From NCBI GenBank assembly GCA_964016885.1, contig OZ024744.1, positions 67,642,001-67,706,000 of the forward strand: a DNA stretch of 64,000 nucleotides, written 5' to 3'. Source of the DNA: Eledone cirrhosa (taxonomy: Eukaryota). Below, piece after piece: positions 52,020-64,000 of this stretch. A program made the translations under genes and the position numbers. Position 1 is the stretch's first letter, and the number at the start of each line of letters is the position of its first letter. The notes beneath the pieces are model-generated. The model searched no databases. It was not told the DNA's origin and saw only the letters and a program-made list of their open reading frames with translations.

Positions 52020-53291
52020 TGCCCAAGGTAAACGCTCGCCAAAATGGAGCGCGCACTCTTCCAATTCCTTTGGAAGAAGAGGGCTCCTATGGTGAGGAGA
52101 TCCATCTGCTGTTAACACGCTTCGAAAGGAAGGCTGGGGATGCCGTGGCTGATGATGCGCAAACACGCATTAAGGCTACGGCACCTCCAGGTATTCCTCA
52201 CCGGTCAACCGGTGTGGGCCCCGTTTGTGAGGCGAGCCTTTCCCAGACTCGTCTCGCTCACCGAGCTGCAATCCTGGGTCAAGCAAAGACCGAGAAAACT
52301 GGGAGCATGGCACACCGAGTGTGCCCAGGCGCTCACGGCTCTCTGGCAGGCGGACCCGGCTGTCAGTGGAGAATCCACCTCGTCATTCTATAGAGGGCTG
52401 GTGGTTAGCAGGTGCGACGACGCCCTCGGAGAAGCCCCAGACATGGAGGAAAACGAACTGGCCAACCTGTTCGGTAGGACATTCAGCCCGGGACCTATGG
52501 ATAACTTCCAGAGGTACCTGGCCTGGCAGTGCACCCGAGGGGCTCTGCCCGTTCGAGAAAGGCTCTACAGACACGGGCGCCCGGGTAGGGACCCCTCGAA
52601 AAAGATCTGTCCCAGATGCGTGTGCGACGAGGAAACCGTTGCACACGCATTGGTACACTGCTCGGGCATTGCCGATCTGTGGGGCTATGTCAAACGACTG
52701 CTGTCAAGGGTGGGACCGATCCGGTTGACCACCGAGTCTATTGTAACGATCAAGCCGCCTCTTCTCTTAAAAAACGAAGGAGAGGCGGTGTTTCTGTGCG
52801 TAATAGCCATGGCGAAAGAGGTTGTATGGTGGACGCGCCTGAAAGGGTTGAGGTCAGACACCTTTCTCTCCGGCTAACAACTGGTCCTTTTCTTCCGATA
52901 TCATTTCGGAAGAAGGATCAGGATGGAGAGGGAGGTGCTGCACCCCAGCCGTTTTTATGAAAGATGGGTGAAAGTGGCGAGAATGGCCCGTGTGAATGGG
53001 CCTTCACTCTACATCAGACTGTAGGTGAGAAAGATGAAAGATCAAGGGAGCACCCTCTCTCTGTGCTCCTGAGGAGAAGAGTTGCACACTTTTTCGAGTG
53101 TGTGTGCGACCCCCCAAGGCGCCTCCTCCCTATTGAGGATTTTGTTATTCAATTTATTTTTGTTATATTTTATATCTTATATTTTTATATTATGTTATTG
53201 CCTCCTCCTTATTGAGGACGCCTTTTTGTCTAAACTCCCCCCATTGTACTTGTCCCACTCTTTGACGCCCTGGTGGCAAATAAAAAGAAAC
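52020..53291 (+). mobile_element. 5'-truncated Tx1 copy of a diverged subfamily
   Basis: ORF 52140-52877 is homologous to the ORF2 C-terminus; different 3' UTR, ending in (TATC)n. Confidence 0.92.
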
Positions 53292-53338
53292 TTATCTATC
53301 TATCTACCTACCTATTCATCTAACTATGTATATATATA

Positions 53339-54072
53339 GAATAAAAGAGAAAACACAGGTAAGCATTAAAAAAAGGATTTTATCCAGTTATTTACGACCG
53401 TTTCATTGGTAAGTGCAACCTTATATCGCTATACTGCAAATAACAGCCACTCAATAATAATTGTTGTTCACCTCCAAATTTTCAAAATAATGAATAAGTT
53501 ACTCGTAAAAGGTTCTTAATATATAGAAAATACATTTTTTTGGAATTGTATTTACTAGTATAGAGAGAGAGGAAGGGGGAGAAGAATTAGGAAGTAGAGT
53601 GACAAATGGAGTAGTATAGAGAGAGAGAGAGGAAGGGGGAGAAGAATTAGGAAGTAGAGTGACAAACGGAGTAGTATATATATATAGATATAGAGAGAGA
53701 GAGGAAGGGGTATAAGAATTAGGAAGTAGAGTGACAAACGGAGTAGTATATATATATAGATATAGAGAGAGAGAGAGGAAGGGGTATAAGAATTAGGAAG
53801 TAGAGTGACAAACGGAGTAGTATATATATATAGATATAGAGAGAGAGAGAGGAAGGGGGAGAAGAATTAGGAAGTAGAGTGACAAATGGAGTAGTATATA
53901 TATATATATATAGAGAGAGAGAGGAAGGGGTATAAGAATTAGGAAGTAGAGTGACAAACGGAGATGTAGGGAGGGGTAAGTGTGGAAGGATTCCTCGATC
54001 AGTTTTGATTCATAGACTTGATATCATCAGTTTACAGTGTAGGGAGTTAAAGAGAATTAAATTGTTTTTAGT

Positions 54073-54133
<61 letters not shown>

Positions 54134-54442
54134 GGGGGGATAGAGAGATAAATATATATATAAATAAAAATAAAGAAGAGGGAAGATAAAAAAGAAAAGA
54201 AAAGAAAAGATTGCAAAAAAGGGAGAGAAGAAAAGAAGAAAACGAAAAAAGAAAAAGGAATGAAGGAGGAGGGATGGGCATAGGTATTGCTTATTGTGGG
54301 TAATTAAAGGGGTTAGATTCAATAAGAGGGTAGAAAGTCTAAGTATATGCAGTTATAAGGTTGCACTTACCAATGAAACGGCCGTAAATACCTGGATAAA
54401 ATCCTTTTTTTTAATGCTTACCTGTGTTTTCTCTTTTATTCT
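53339..54442. repeat. ~100-bp inverted repeats enclosing a 60-74-bp x6 minisatellite
   Basis: 53339-53435 is the reverse complement of 54342-54442; GGAAGGGG.AGAATTAGGAAGTAGAGTGACAAA x6 at 53555-53962. Confidence 0.85.
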
Positions 54443-54623
54443 TTATACTCCAAGATGAACGCGATTCTTACAAACTTGTGGAGTTACTCCTAACCGTACG
54501 CTGAAACCGTCCATGAAACTGGCTATCTTAGCCACGAACTGGATTACAATAAGCAATTTTATGCTTCCCTAACTATGTGTATACTGTTGGCTTCTTGCTA
54601 CAATAATTTCTATACCTTTCATT

Positions 54624-54720
<97 letters not shown>

Positions 54721-54989
54721 TATTAATATGTGGTTGATGGCTGAGAGAAGAGTACTTAATACCAAAATAGAGTTTAAATAGTAATTTTATTAAGGCTAAA
54801 TAGTGACTCTTGTTACTGTAAACAGGTGGAACTCCAGAGTTACAAGGCTTACTATTTAAACTTAACTTCCAGAAACCACCTAATCAGCCCTTGCTAGTTA
54901 GGCAGTGAGACAGTCAGATGGTGTCAAATACCAAGGCATACCCCGGGGAAGAATGTACCCCATAGCATAGGTTAGACGTTAGTGATATC

Positions 54990-57315
54990 TCAGTAAGCAA
55001 GAGACAGAATGAGACATACAGGAAGATGTGGAAAAGAAAAGTCTGGAAGCTAAAAGACCTTTCACTAAAATATAAATTTAGGAAAGCCCTTCAAGATGTG
55101 TATGACGAATAAGAAGACGATTTAGAGTCGTATGACATAGATGATAACTGGAATTTCTTACCTGACAACTTACTGCAGGCTACTGAAGAAACTTGTGGCT
55201 GGAGCAGAACTCCAACCAGACAGAGAGTGACCTGGTGGTGGAACAGCACGGTAGATAGGGCCATTAGAGACAAAAGACTAGCATGGGACACTTCGAAAAA
55301 TGGTGGGAGTAGAGAAGGATTCACAGCCGCTGAGAAGCTAGACATCAGGTGTACTTAGCACACAGGGAGGCTGAAAGTAGGAGGTTTGCCAATGTTCTGC
55401 GACGGGAAGAGCAGAGAGGTGCAGTGTTCCGCATTGCAAGACAGTGTGTCAGTGCAAACCAGGATGTTGTTGGAGATAAATGTGTCCGGAATGATGCCGG
55501 TGTACTTAGTCTCACGAATGATAAAAAAGGAGGCCTGGAAATCTCATTATGAGAGACTGATGAATGTGGAGAACGAATGGGAGAGAGAGAAATTACCCCC
55601 AGTAGATCTGACAGAGGGACCAGCTATTGAGATTGACGAATATAGGGTCCAAGAGGTGATTAAGAAAATGAAAAATGGTAAGGCTGCTAGACTGTCGGGG
55701 ATAGTTGCTGAGATGCTGAAGACATCAGGGGACGTAGGCACTAAACTGGTTGCACGCATCATCAATCAGGTTATATATGGCGGTGTCATACCCAAAGACT
55801 GGTGCAGCAGTATTCTCATAAATTGCTACAAAGGTAAAGGGGATGCTCTGGAGAGGAGCAATTATAGGGGCATAAAACTGATGGATCAGGTTATGAAAGT
55901 GGCAGAAAGGATTTTCGCGCAACTAATTAGAGAAAGGGTCAAACTAGATGAGATGCAGTTTGGTTTTGTGCCTGGGAAAAGTACAACAGATGCCCTCTTC
56001 TTAGTGAGACAATTACAAGAGAGGTTCTTAGAGAAGAATAAGCCACTATACTTAGCTTTGTTGATCTAGAGAAGGCCTTTGATAGGGTACCCCGATCTGT
56101 CATCTGGTTGTCCCCAAGGAAACTAGGTGTTGAGGAATGGCTTATGAGGACAGTGCAAGCTTTGTACAGAGGTGTTGTCAGTAAAGTGAGGGTAGGAATG
56201 GAGTTTAGTGAGGAATTCCAGATACAAGTAGGAGTACATCAAAGTTCGGTCCTCAGCCCGCTCTTGTTCATTATAGTCCTCCAAGCTATAACAGAGGAGT
56301 TTAAGACTGGCTGCCCATGAGAACTTCTCTATGCTGACAATCTGGTTCTTATAGCAGAATCAGTAGAAGAGCTAGAGAATAAATTCTGGCTATGGAAATA
56401 GCAGTTGGAATCAAGAGGACTGAGAGTGAACCTAGCTAAGACAAAAGTGTTGATGAGTAGAAAAGAGGACAAAACTCTGATTCCGTCAGGGAAATGGCCA
56501 TGTTCGATATGTAGAAAAGGAACTGGCATAAATTCTATAAAATGCACACAATGCAGATCCTGGGTACACAAGAGATGTAGTGGGATAGCAGGCAAACTAA
56601 CAGGTAGGGAAAACTACATATGCACTAGATGTACAGGGAAATTTGACAGTAGAAGTGGCATTGATAGACACATTTTTCAAATGCAGGCGGGTGCTATAGA
56701 AGTGGTGGATAGCTTCCGGTACCTAGGAGATCAGATTAGCATGGGAGGGGGTGTTCTGAGGCTATAGTATCTAGAATAAGGACGGGTTGGAAGAAGTTTA
56801 GGGAGCTGCTTCCTCTGCTGACGAAGAAGGGTTTCTCCCTGCGTATGAAAGGCCGGTTATATGATGCCTGTGTGAGATGCGCGATGTTGCATGGTAGTGA
56901 GATATGGGTAGCAACTGCAGAGGATATGCGATGGCTGGAGAGAAATGAAGGAAGCATGTTCCGTTGGATATGCAATGTCAATGTACGTGAACGACCAAGC
57001 ATGGATGTGTTTAAGAGCGATAAGAGGGATAACTGTGTTTAAGAGGGATAAGTTGTAGTGTGCGGGAGAGAAGACTGCGATGGTATGGACATGTGATGCG
57101 CATGGAGGATGACCGCTGGGTAAAGAAGTGCCAAGAAATGCCAGTAGATGGAAGACACAGTAGAAGACCACGAAAAATATGGGTGGAGGTGGCGAGAGCA
57201 GACCTCAGATCGCTGTAGCTCACGAAGGAGATGACGAAGGACCGTGACAAGTGGAGAGATGCTGTGCTGAATAGGACCCGTCCCACCCTTGCAAGCAGGA
57301 AAAAGCGTACGTAAA
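54990..57315 (+). mobile_element. Degenerate RTE-clade LINE
   Basis: NYRGIKL, QFGFVPGKSTTDA, GVHQ.SVLSP, LLYAD, WPCSIC finger, FRYLG, LRWYGHV; (GAT)n tail. Confidence 0.92.
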
Positions 57316-57817
57316 ATGATGATGATGATGATGATATATATATATATATATATATATCATCATCATCATCATCATCACTATTTTACGTCCATTCTTCCAC
57401 GTTAACATGGGCTCGATGGGCTGTCCTCTTGTGAGCAATGCTAGGTCAGTTGACCATGTCTTGCTTATACAGAACTGATTTGGCTTGCTTTCTAGAGCTG
57501 GATGCCTTTCCTAACGCCAATCTAATTTACAGTGGGTATTGGGAGCTCTTTGTCAAGACAACTACACGACTACTTTACAGTGTGAACTGGGTGCTTTTTG
57601 TCGTGACAACTACACGACCACTTTATAGTGTGGACTGGGTGCTTTTTGACATGACACGTACATGACCACTTTACAGTAGGAGAATGGGTTGGGGTGAGGT
57701 CTACTATATATATGCTTCTGCTTCGGCATGTGCCTGTGGGAAGTCAGATCTTCTATATTACTGCATAACACCAGAGTTCTCGGTCCTGTGTGATCGCCTT
57801 TGAGAGGTGCAATATGA

Positions 57818-57849
<32 letters not shown>

Positions 57850-57852
<3 letters not shown>

Positions 57853-58985
57853 AAAGGTAAACAGCAATAACAACACAATCAGTACAGTATATGGAAGGAA
57901 CATATTAGGTTAACGCTTTAAATAGCAGGAAGAGGGTTTTAACGTTTCGGATGCTAGTCCTTCATCAGAAGAATGAATGAGAAATAAGATAGATTGAAGA
58001 GACGGGCAGGTTGGAATTGGAAAAAAATGTCTTTAGATAAAAATAACAGGTCCATTCATATTGACATCTCTTGGAAAACTGTTGATGCTGGTGTTTTGAG
58101 TATGATTTATTTTTTTTAGAAAAGTGGATGATGAAGCGCGTTTTGTAAACAGAGCTAAACCTGTGCGTGTGTGTATGCATGTGTGTGTGTGTTATTATAT
58201 GACTGTAAGAAGCCAAGAAGAAATGTGTGTGTATATGTAAGTAAGAGTGTGTGTGTGTTTATAAGTATGAAGCTATGAGCAAAAGTATGTTAATATAAGG
58301 GTGTGTATGTGTGTATTCAGAGCTGTAAAGGGAAAAGTGGAGTGTGCATATGTTGTCAGTCTGTATTAGTTGTAAGAGAATATGTTTCTCATCATAAGAG
58401 AGCGATAGGAATCTAGGGGTGAATGTACAAACGCGTGTGTGATAATGGACGGGGTATTAAAGAAATTGGGGAGGTGAGTTGAGTCCATGAGGGAAATAGG
58501 ACCCAAGGCAAGGAATCAGACTCGTGGGAGAGGACAAGAAGGAATTGCAAACCTGGAGGTCGTGGAGGTTGCGGATGCGCTTAAATGCAGTAATACGTGG
58601 GTTCAGAAGAAAAAAACGAGAAATGACGGGGTCCGAAGAGAGGATGCGGAACGAATGGAGGATATGTCGCCGGAGTGGTAAGGTGATGGGGTGGTAGGTG
58701 AGAGGGAAAGAAACACCGGTGTTTGGACAGCACTGGTGAGGTGAGAGGGCTGTGGTATGGTAAGTTTCACAGGCGCGGGTGAGAGAAACTTGGATCAGGG
58801 TTGGGGAATATCCACACTAGATGAAGCGGGAAGCCATGCGAAGGGAATGGGTTTCAAAAACGTCATCCTGGCTACAGAGCCGACGAAGACGGAGGAATTG
58901 GGAATAGGGTATGGAGTGTTTGGTGTGGGTTGGATGGGAGGGGGTGAAGTCGAGGTAATAGTGGGAGTCTGTTGGTTTACAAAAG
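57850..58985 (-). mobile_element. Internally deleted Penelope/Poseidon-like element
   Basis: RT thumb [36 protein letters not shown]; C-terminal LGSYFPHGLN near 58480-58510; 3' HHR. Confidence 0.85.
57936..57972 (-). ncRNA. Minimal PLE-type hammerhead
   Basis: Minus strand: TCTT CTGATGA A GGA-ctagca-TCC GAAA CG TT AAAA; downstream of a same-strand PLE ORF remnant. Confidence 0.65.
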
Positions 58986-59026
58986 ATATATATATATATA
59001 CATATATATATATATGAATATATATA

Positions 59027-59092
<66 letters not shown>

Positions 59093-59316
59093 CAATTAAG
59101 TTAAAGATGTACATCCATATATGTATACTGAAATACTAGTATGTATATGAATACACACACGTATACATATGTAGATGTACCAAGTTTTTTCACTGGTCAC
59201 TTTACTGTGAGTGGCCAGCTATTCTGTATGTAAACACACAGACAAACCGGTTTTTAGAGTCATACTGGTTTTTGAGGAAACACCTTTCCTCTATTCTCCA
59301 GAAAGCCAGACAAGGA

Positions 59317-59359
59317 ATATTGAACTAGTTTCGTTGTTGTTACAACTCATCAGCAATAT
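59317..59359 (-). ncRNA. Type I hammerhead
   Basis: Minus strand: ATATTG CTGATGA GTTG-taacaa-CAAC GAAA CTAG TT CAATAT. Confidence 0.88.
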
Positions 59360-59783
59360 TTACCTATCTTCCGGCCTCTCTAGAGAATCGTAAAAGCACA
59401 TATCGTTATATGCTTTTTCTATGAAAATTAGTAGTGGGCAGACTAATTTGCATAGAGTGTGAGTAAGTACCGGTTCAACGGAGACGATACAAACAAATAA
59501 CGAAACGAAATTAAACTTCGTTTCGTTTGTAACTCACTTTTGTATGACTGACGCTTAAACAATTAAGTTAAAGATGTACATCCATATATGTATACTGAAA
59601 TACTAGTATGTATATGAATACACACACGTATACATATGTAGATGTACCAAGTTTTTTCACTGGTCACTTTACTGTGAGTGGCCAGCTATTCTGTATGTAA
59701 ACACACAGACAAACCGGTTTTTAGAGTCATACTGGTTTTTGAGGAAACACCTTTCCTCTATTCTCCAGAAAGCCAGACAAGGA

Positions 59784-59826
59784 ATATTGAACTAGTTTCG
59801 TTGTTGTTACAACTCATCAGCAATAT
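59784..59826 (-). ncRNA. Type I hammerhead (unit 2)
   Basis: Identical to 59317-59359. Confidence 0.88.
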
Positions 59827-60149
59827 TTACCTATCTTCCGGCCTCTCTAGAGAATCGTAAAAGCACATATCGTTATATGCTTTTTCTATGAAAATTAGTA
59901 GTGGGCAGACTAATTTGCATAGAGTGTGAGTAAGTACCGGTTCAACGGAGATGATAAAAACAAATAACGAAACGAAATTAAACTTCGTTTCGTTTGTAAC
60001 TCACTTTTGTATGACTGACGCTTAAACAATTAAGTTAAAGATGTACATCCATATATGTATACGCTAAGGGAGGTAATTACCCGATGCCTGCTGGATGTTA
60101 CTTTTGAGCTACCCCAGCTATGGGGAAAAAATTTCTTTTCTAACATTAG

Positions 60150-60441
<292 letters not shown>

Positions 60442-60464
60442 ATATTAGGATTGGTGCTCTGAAA

Positions 60465-61157
60465 TAGTTTGCATTTGGGACATACAATGGAATTTCTGCC
60501 TACTCCTTTCCTAAACACTGAGCATGGCCATTTCCCAGAGGGGACCAGTTCCCTATTTTCCTTCCTTCATACTAGAACTTTAGTCTTAGACCAGTTAACT
60601 TAAAGGCCTTTTGATTCTAGGCCATGCTTCCATGTTTGGAATTTCTTCTGTAGTTTAGCCATAGATTCAGCTATGAGAGTTAGATCATCTGCGTATAGAA
60701 GTTCCCATGGGCAGCTGGTCTTAAACTACTGTTATAGCTTGAAGGGCAATAATAAATAGGGGGGGGGGGCTAAGGACAGAGCCTTGATGAACACCAACTT
60801 TTACGCTAAATTCTTTACTATATTCATTGTTAATTCTAACCTTGCTGACAGTTTCTTTATACATGGCTTGTACAGCTCTCACAAGCCATTCATCTACACC
60901 TAGTTTTCTAAGAGCCCACCATATAATAGGTGAGGACTCTGTCAAAGGCTTTCTCCAAGTCAACAAAAGCTAAGTAGAGGGGTTTACTTTTAGCTAGGTA
61001 CTTCTCCTGTAGTTGTCGTACAAGGAAAAGAGCGCCTGTGGTATTTTTACCTGACACAAACCCAAACTGCATTTCAACTAGATCAATACACTCTCTGATT
61101 AGTTGCGCTATAACTCTTTCTGTGACCTTCATGACCTGGTCAACTAACTTAATGCCC

Positions 61158-61158
<1 letters not shown>
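60465..61158 (-). mobile_element. RTE LINE RT fragment
   Basis: [38 protein letters not shown]. Confidence 0.9.
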
Positions 61159-61239
<81 letters not shown>

Positions 61240-61264
61240 TGTATATATATATATATATATATAT

Positions 61265-61949
61265 ATTAATTATTAAAATAACCGATTAAAGTTTAAGCAA
61301 AGAATCGCTGCTTTCACTCTTAACAGGATCTTCTGAAACTAAAAAAGTCAATCTGTGAACGCAAAAGTAAATATTTCAAAAAATGTTGCAACCGGCTGAA
61401 GACAGGAAGACGATACTTTGGTTCGTGGAAACGTTCCCTAGCAAAGAACGGAAAAAAAACGAAGATAATACGTCATTATTTGGAGCGGTGAAAAGAAATA
61501 CACGCAAAGACAAAACCACGTTTATGGTATAATTGAAGTCGTAGACTAATATTCTATTAGGTGGTTCATGGAGACGTTCTCTGGCAATGAACGGAAAACA
61601 CGAAGATAATACATCATTATGTGGAGCGTTGAGAACAATTACACGCAAAGACAAAACCACGTAAATGGCATAACTGAAGTCGTAGACTAAAATTCTATTT
61701 AGGAAACCGAATGATTCTCGGCTTCAGAGTTAAGAATAAAGTAAATAAAATACAGAGGTAATTGAAATTAAATATATGCATACACGCATTTATATACGTA
61801 CATACACAAGCATACGCGAAAACACTCGCCATGGGTCGGCAAATACAAGCACGTACACAAAAATGACGCACGCACATACAGAACCCACGCAATGCCTGTA
61901 CTCGCACACATACGAACGTATACACCAAATAAACATAAAATATATATAA

Positions 61950-61999
<50 letters not shown>

Positions 62000-62610
62000 A
62001 TACATATAATTAAATAAACATATATAAATATACACACATAAATACGTATATAACGCGCGCACACACATACCTACATATAAATACACATATGTTCGTACAC
62101 ATATACACACACGCTACATACGTACGAACCCGCGTACTCACACAGACGCAAAACTCACGTATACACATGACCAAATGCACATGTACCAGTATATATATAC
62201 AACATAACATATACAAGCAAATATACATACGAGAAAGTATACGTACCTTCACAAAACATACAGGTAATATATACTTACCTATACAAATAAGTAATGGTAT
62301 AAACATAAGATATACTTAGCTACCACATCAAGACGTAAAATATCCGCGTATAGTTCGTACTATCCGTTAGGCTATAATGTGGGGCTGTAATACAGGAAAT
62401 AATGACGTACTATCTTCGTTTTTTTCCGTTCTTCGCCAGGGAACGTTCCCACGAATCCAAAGTATCGTCTTCTTGTCTTCCTTCGGTTGCAACGTTTTTT
62501 GAAATATTTACTTCTGCGTTCACAGATTGACTTTTTTAGTTTCAGAAGATCCCGTTAAGGGTGAAAACAGCGATTTTTTGCTTAAACTTTAATCTGTTAT
62601 TTTAATAAAT
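61265..62610. repeat. ~210-bp inverted repeats around an AC/AT-rich spacer
   Basis: 61265-61480 is the reverse complement of 62400-62610. Confidence 0.82.
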
Positions 62611-62867
62611 ATTTGCTCTACGGTTCTTATATATTTGATATATATTTATCCTTATCTTTGGATTTTAGTCTTCAAATTTATTATTATTACTTATTTATTA
62701 TTATTACTATATATATACATATTGTTATGCTTTGGGAGGGTCATGTTGCCAATAAGAAACACACCAGTTGCTTTCACTCCAATTTATTATAAATTAAATT
62801 CATAAATTTAAGAATTTATGAAATTTCCGGTTGGTTGGTTCCATAACCGGACGGTTGTTCATATATT

Positions 62868-62910
62868 GTCAAAGTTCTTTCGTCACACATTCTGTGACCT
62901 CTTCAGTGAC
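62868..62910 (-). ncRNA. Minimal type I hammerhead
   Basis: Identical to 18959-19001; lies in repeat 62720-63045. Confidence 0.75.
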
Positions 62911-63182
62911 TGGGGATTCTTTTCTTTGTTTTGTGCCTCTCCTTTGTTCTGTCCTACGCCATCTTGTTTTTGTGTGTGTTGTGTGCATAGTTTGCGCATG
63001 TGTTACATCCGAGTGTCTTGCTAAACAAATTCAGAAACGAAATATATATATATATAAAACCGGCTGCTATTTTTAGCGGCACGAGTATGAGACGAATTAG
63101 GCGCTGTGACATGTGCATTCAACAACACATATTTCTCAGTCTTCTTAAGTATTTTGAAGTGAAAGGTACGGATTTCCCGGAT

Positions 63183-63256
63183 ACCCGCAGAAGAGCACAG
63201 GAATAGTGACTTTCACTTAATAATTGTTGCGAAACAAATTTAGAATTTGTCCGGGT
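63183..63256 (+). ncRNA. Type I hammerhead with core substitution (CAGAAGA)
   Basis: ACCCG CAGAAGA GCA...TGC GAAA CAAATT-tag-AATTTG TC CGGGT. Confidence 0.65.
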
Positions 63257-63490
63257 TTGTTATTTTGTTATTTTTATTGATTTATTATTTTAAATCGAGA
63301 CAGGCTAACCATATTATTTTCAATTAGTATTTTTCAACCTAGTTAACTTGGTCATTGGCAATTCGAACATATGTATAATTGTATATGTGTTCATCCCTCA
63401 TATATTCATTTGTATTACACGGCTCGGAAATATTCCCTTCTTTGAGCTATTTAATTGTAAAAGACTATTTCGAGTTTATAACTCAATATA

Positions 63491-63546
<56 letters not shown>

Positions 63547-63547
63547 A

Positions 63548-63894
63548 TGATTATTACTGGAATTCTATAAGAATCCAGCTCCTATAATTTTCGGCGAAAG
63601 CAGGGGAGTACGGAGCTCTGATGAACGCCAACCAGCGTGAAACAGACTGTCAGATTCTCTCCCCTCTTTCGCCGAAAAGAAGTAAGTGAGTACTTTAAAA
63701 TTGATAGCGTATGGTCTTCTAAATGTTTTTAATTAAACATACGGTATATTACCAAATATACTATACATACATTCATGTATACATCGGTATTTCAGAGCAC
63801 CAATCCTAATACCTAATTTTTGCTGGACCGGCAATCGCTCTGTATAATCAGCTCCTGATTATTACTGGAATTCTATAAGAATCCAGCTTCTATA

Positions 63895-63898
<4 letters not shown>
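63548..63898 (+). mobile_element. 308-bp HHR monomer with a 43-bp terminal direct repeat
   Basis: TGATTATTACTGGAATTCTATAAGAATCCAGCT.CTATAATTT at 63548 and 63856; microsatellites on both sides. Confidence 0.75.
63588..63678 (+). ncRNA. Type I hammerhead with a long stem I
   Basis: TTTTCGGCGAAAG c AGGGGAG tac GGAGCT CTGATGA ACGC-caacca-GCGT GAAA CAG-a-CTG TC AGATTC t CTCCCCT CTTTCGCCGAAAA. Confidence 0.9.
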
Positions 63899-63941
<43 letters not shown>

Positions 63942-64000
63942 TATATATTATATATATATACATATATATGACGGTTGGAAGGCCACTGATGAAGGACTTA

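Larger units (their letters stand above)
59090..60062 (-). mobile_element. Tandem 467-bp HHR-containing monomers (2 units + 38 bp), retrozyme-like
   Basis: AACAATTAAG starts at 59091, 59558, 60025; units nearly identical; no real ORF; (AT)n on the left. Confidence 0.88.

Noticed and set aside
61392-61438. Hammerhead as a confident feature
   Set aside because: Stems are weak and the sister copies at ~20160 and ~62445 lack CTGANGA and GAAA.
63981-64000. Complete hammerhead at the window end
   Set aside because: CTGATGAAGGACT matches the start of the 57936 motif, but the rest lies outside the window.

Overview
This is a repeat-saturated animal (metazoan) genomic window, and I can support no host protein-coding gene in it. 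The SINE family and microsatellite load look like an octopus or other cephalopod, but that is inference. Contents: (1) About a dozen copies of L1/Tx1-clade LINEs, one with an intact 1145-aa ORF2 at 28995-32432. One group of copies sits in (ATCT)n tracts and another in (ATT)n tracts. (2) Two R4/Dong-type RLE retrotransposon copies in (TAA)n. (3) RTE and CR1 remnants, tRNA-derived SINEs, two hAT/Charlie-type elements with TIRs and TSDs (one a 6.6-kb container) and a piggyBac-type MITE. (4) Two Penelope-like element (PLE) remnants. The main signal, which the ORF track does not show, is roughly 20 type I hammerhead ribozyme (HHR) motifs found by eye. They fall into several unrelated non-coding repeat families: 522-bp, 467-bp, ~430-bp and 308-bp monomers in tandem or inverted arrays, plus PLE-tail copies. 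This looks like a retrozyme / non-autonomous PLE system. The Tx1 ORF1-ORF2 junction also carries a conserved 5' splice-site motif. All folding and alignments were done by eye, and element boundaries are approximate unless TIR/TSD positions are given.
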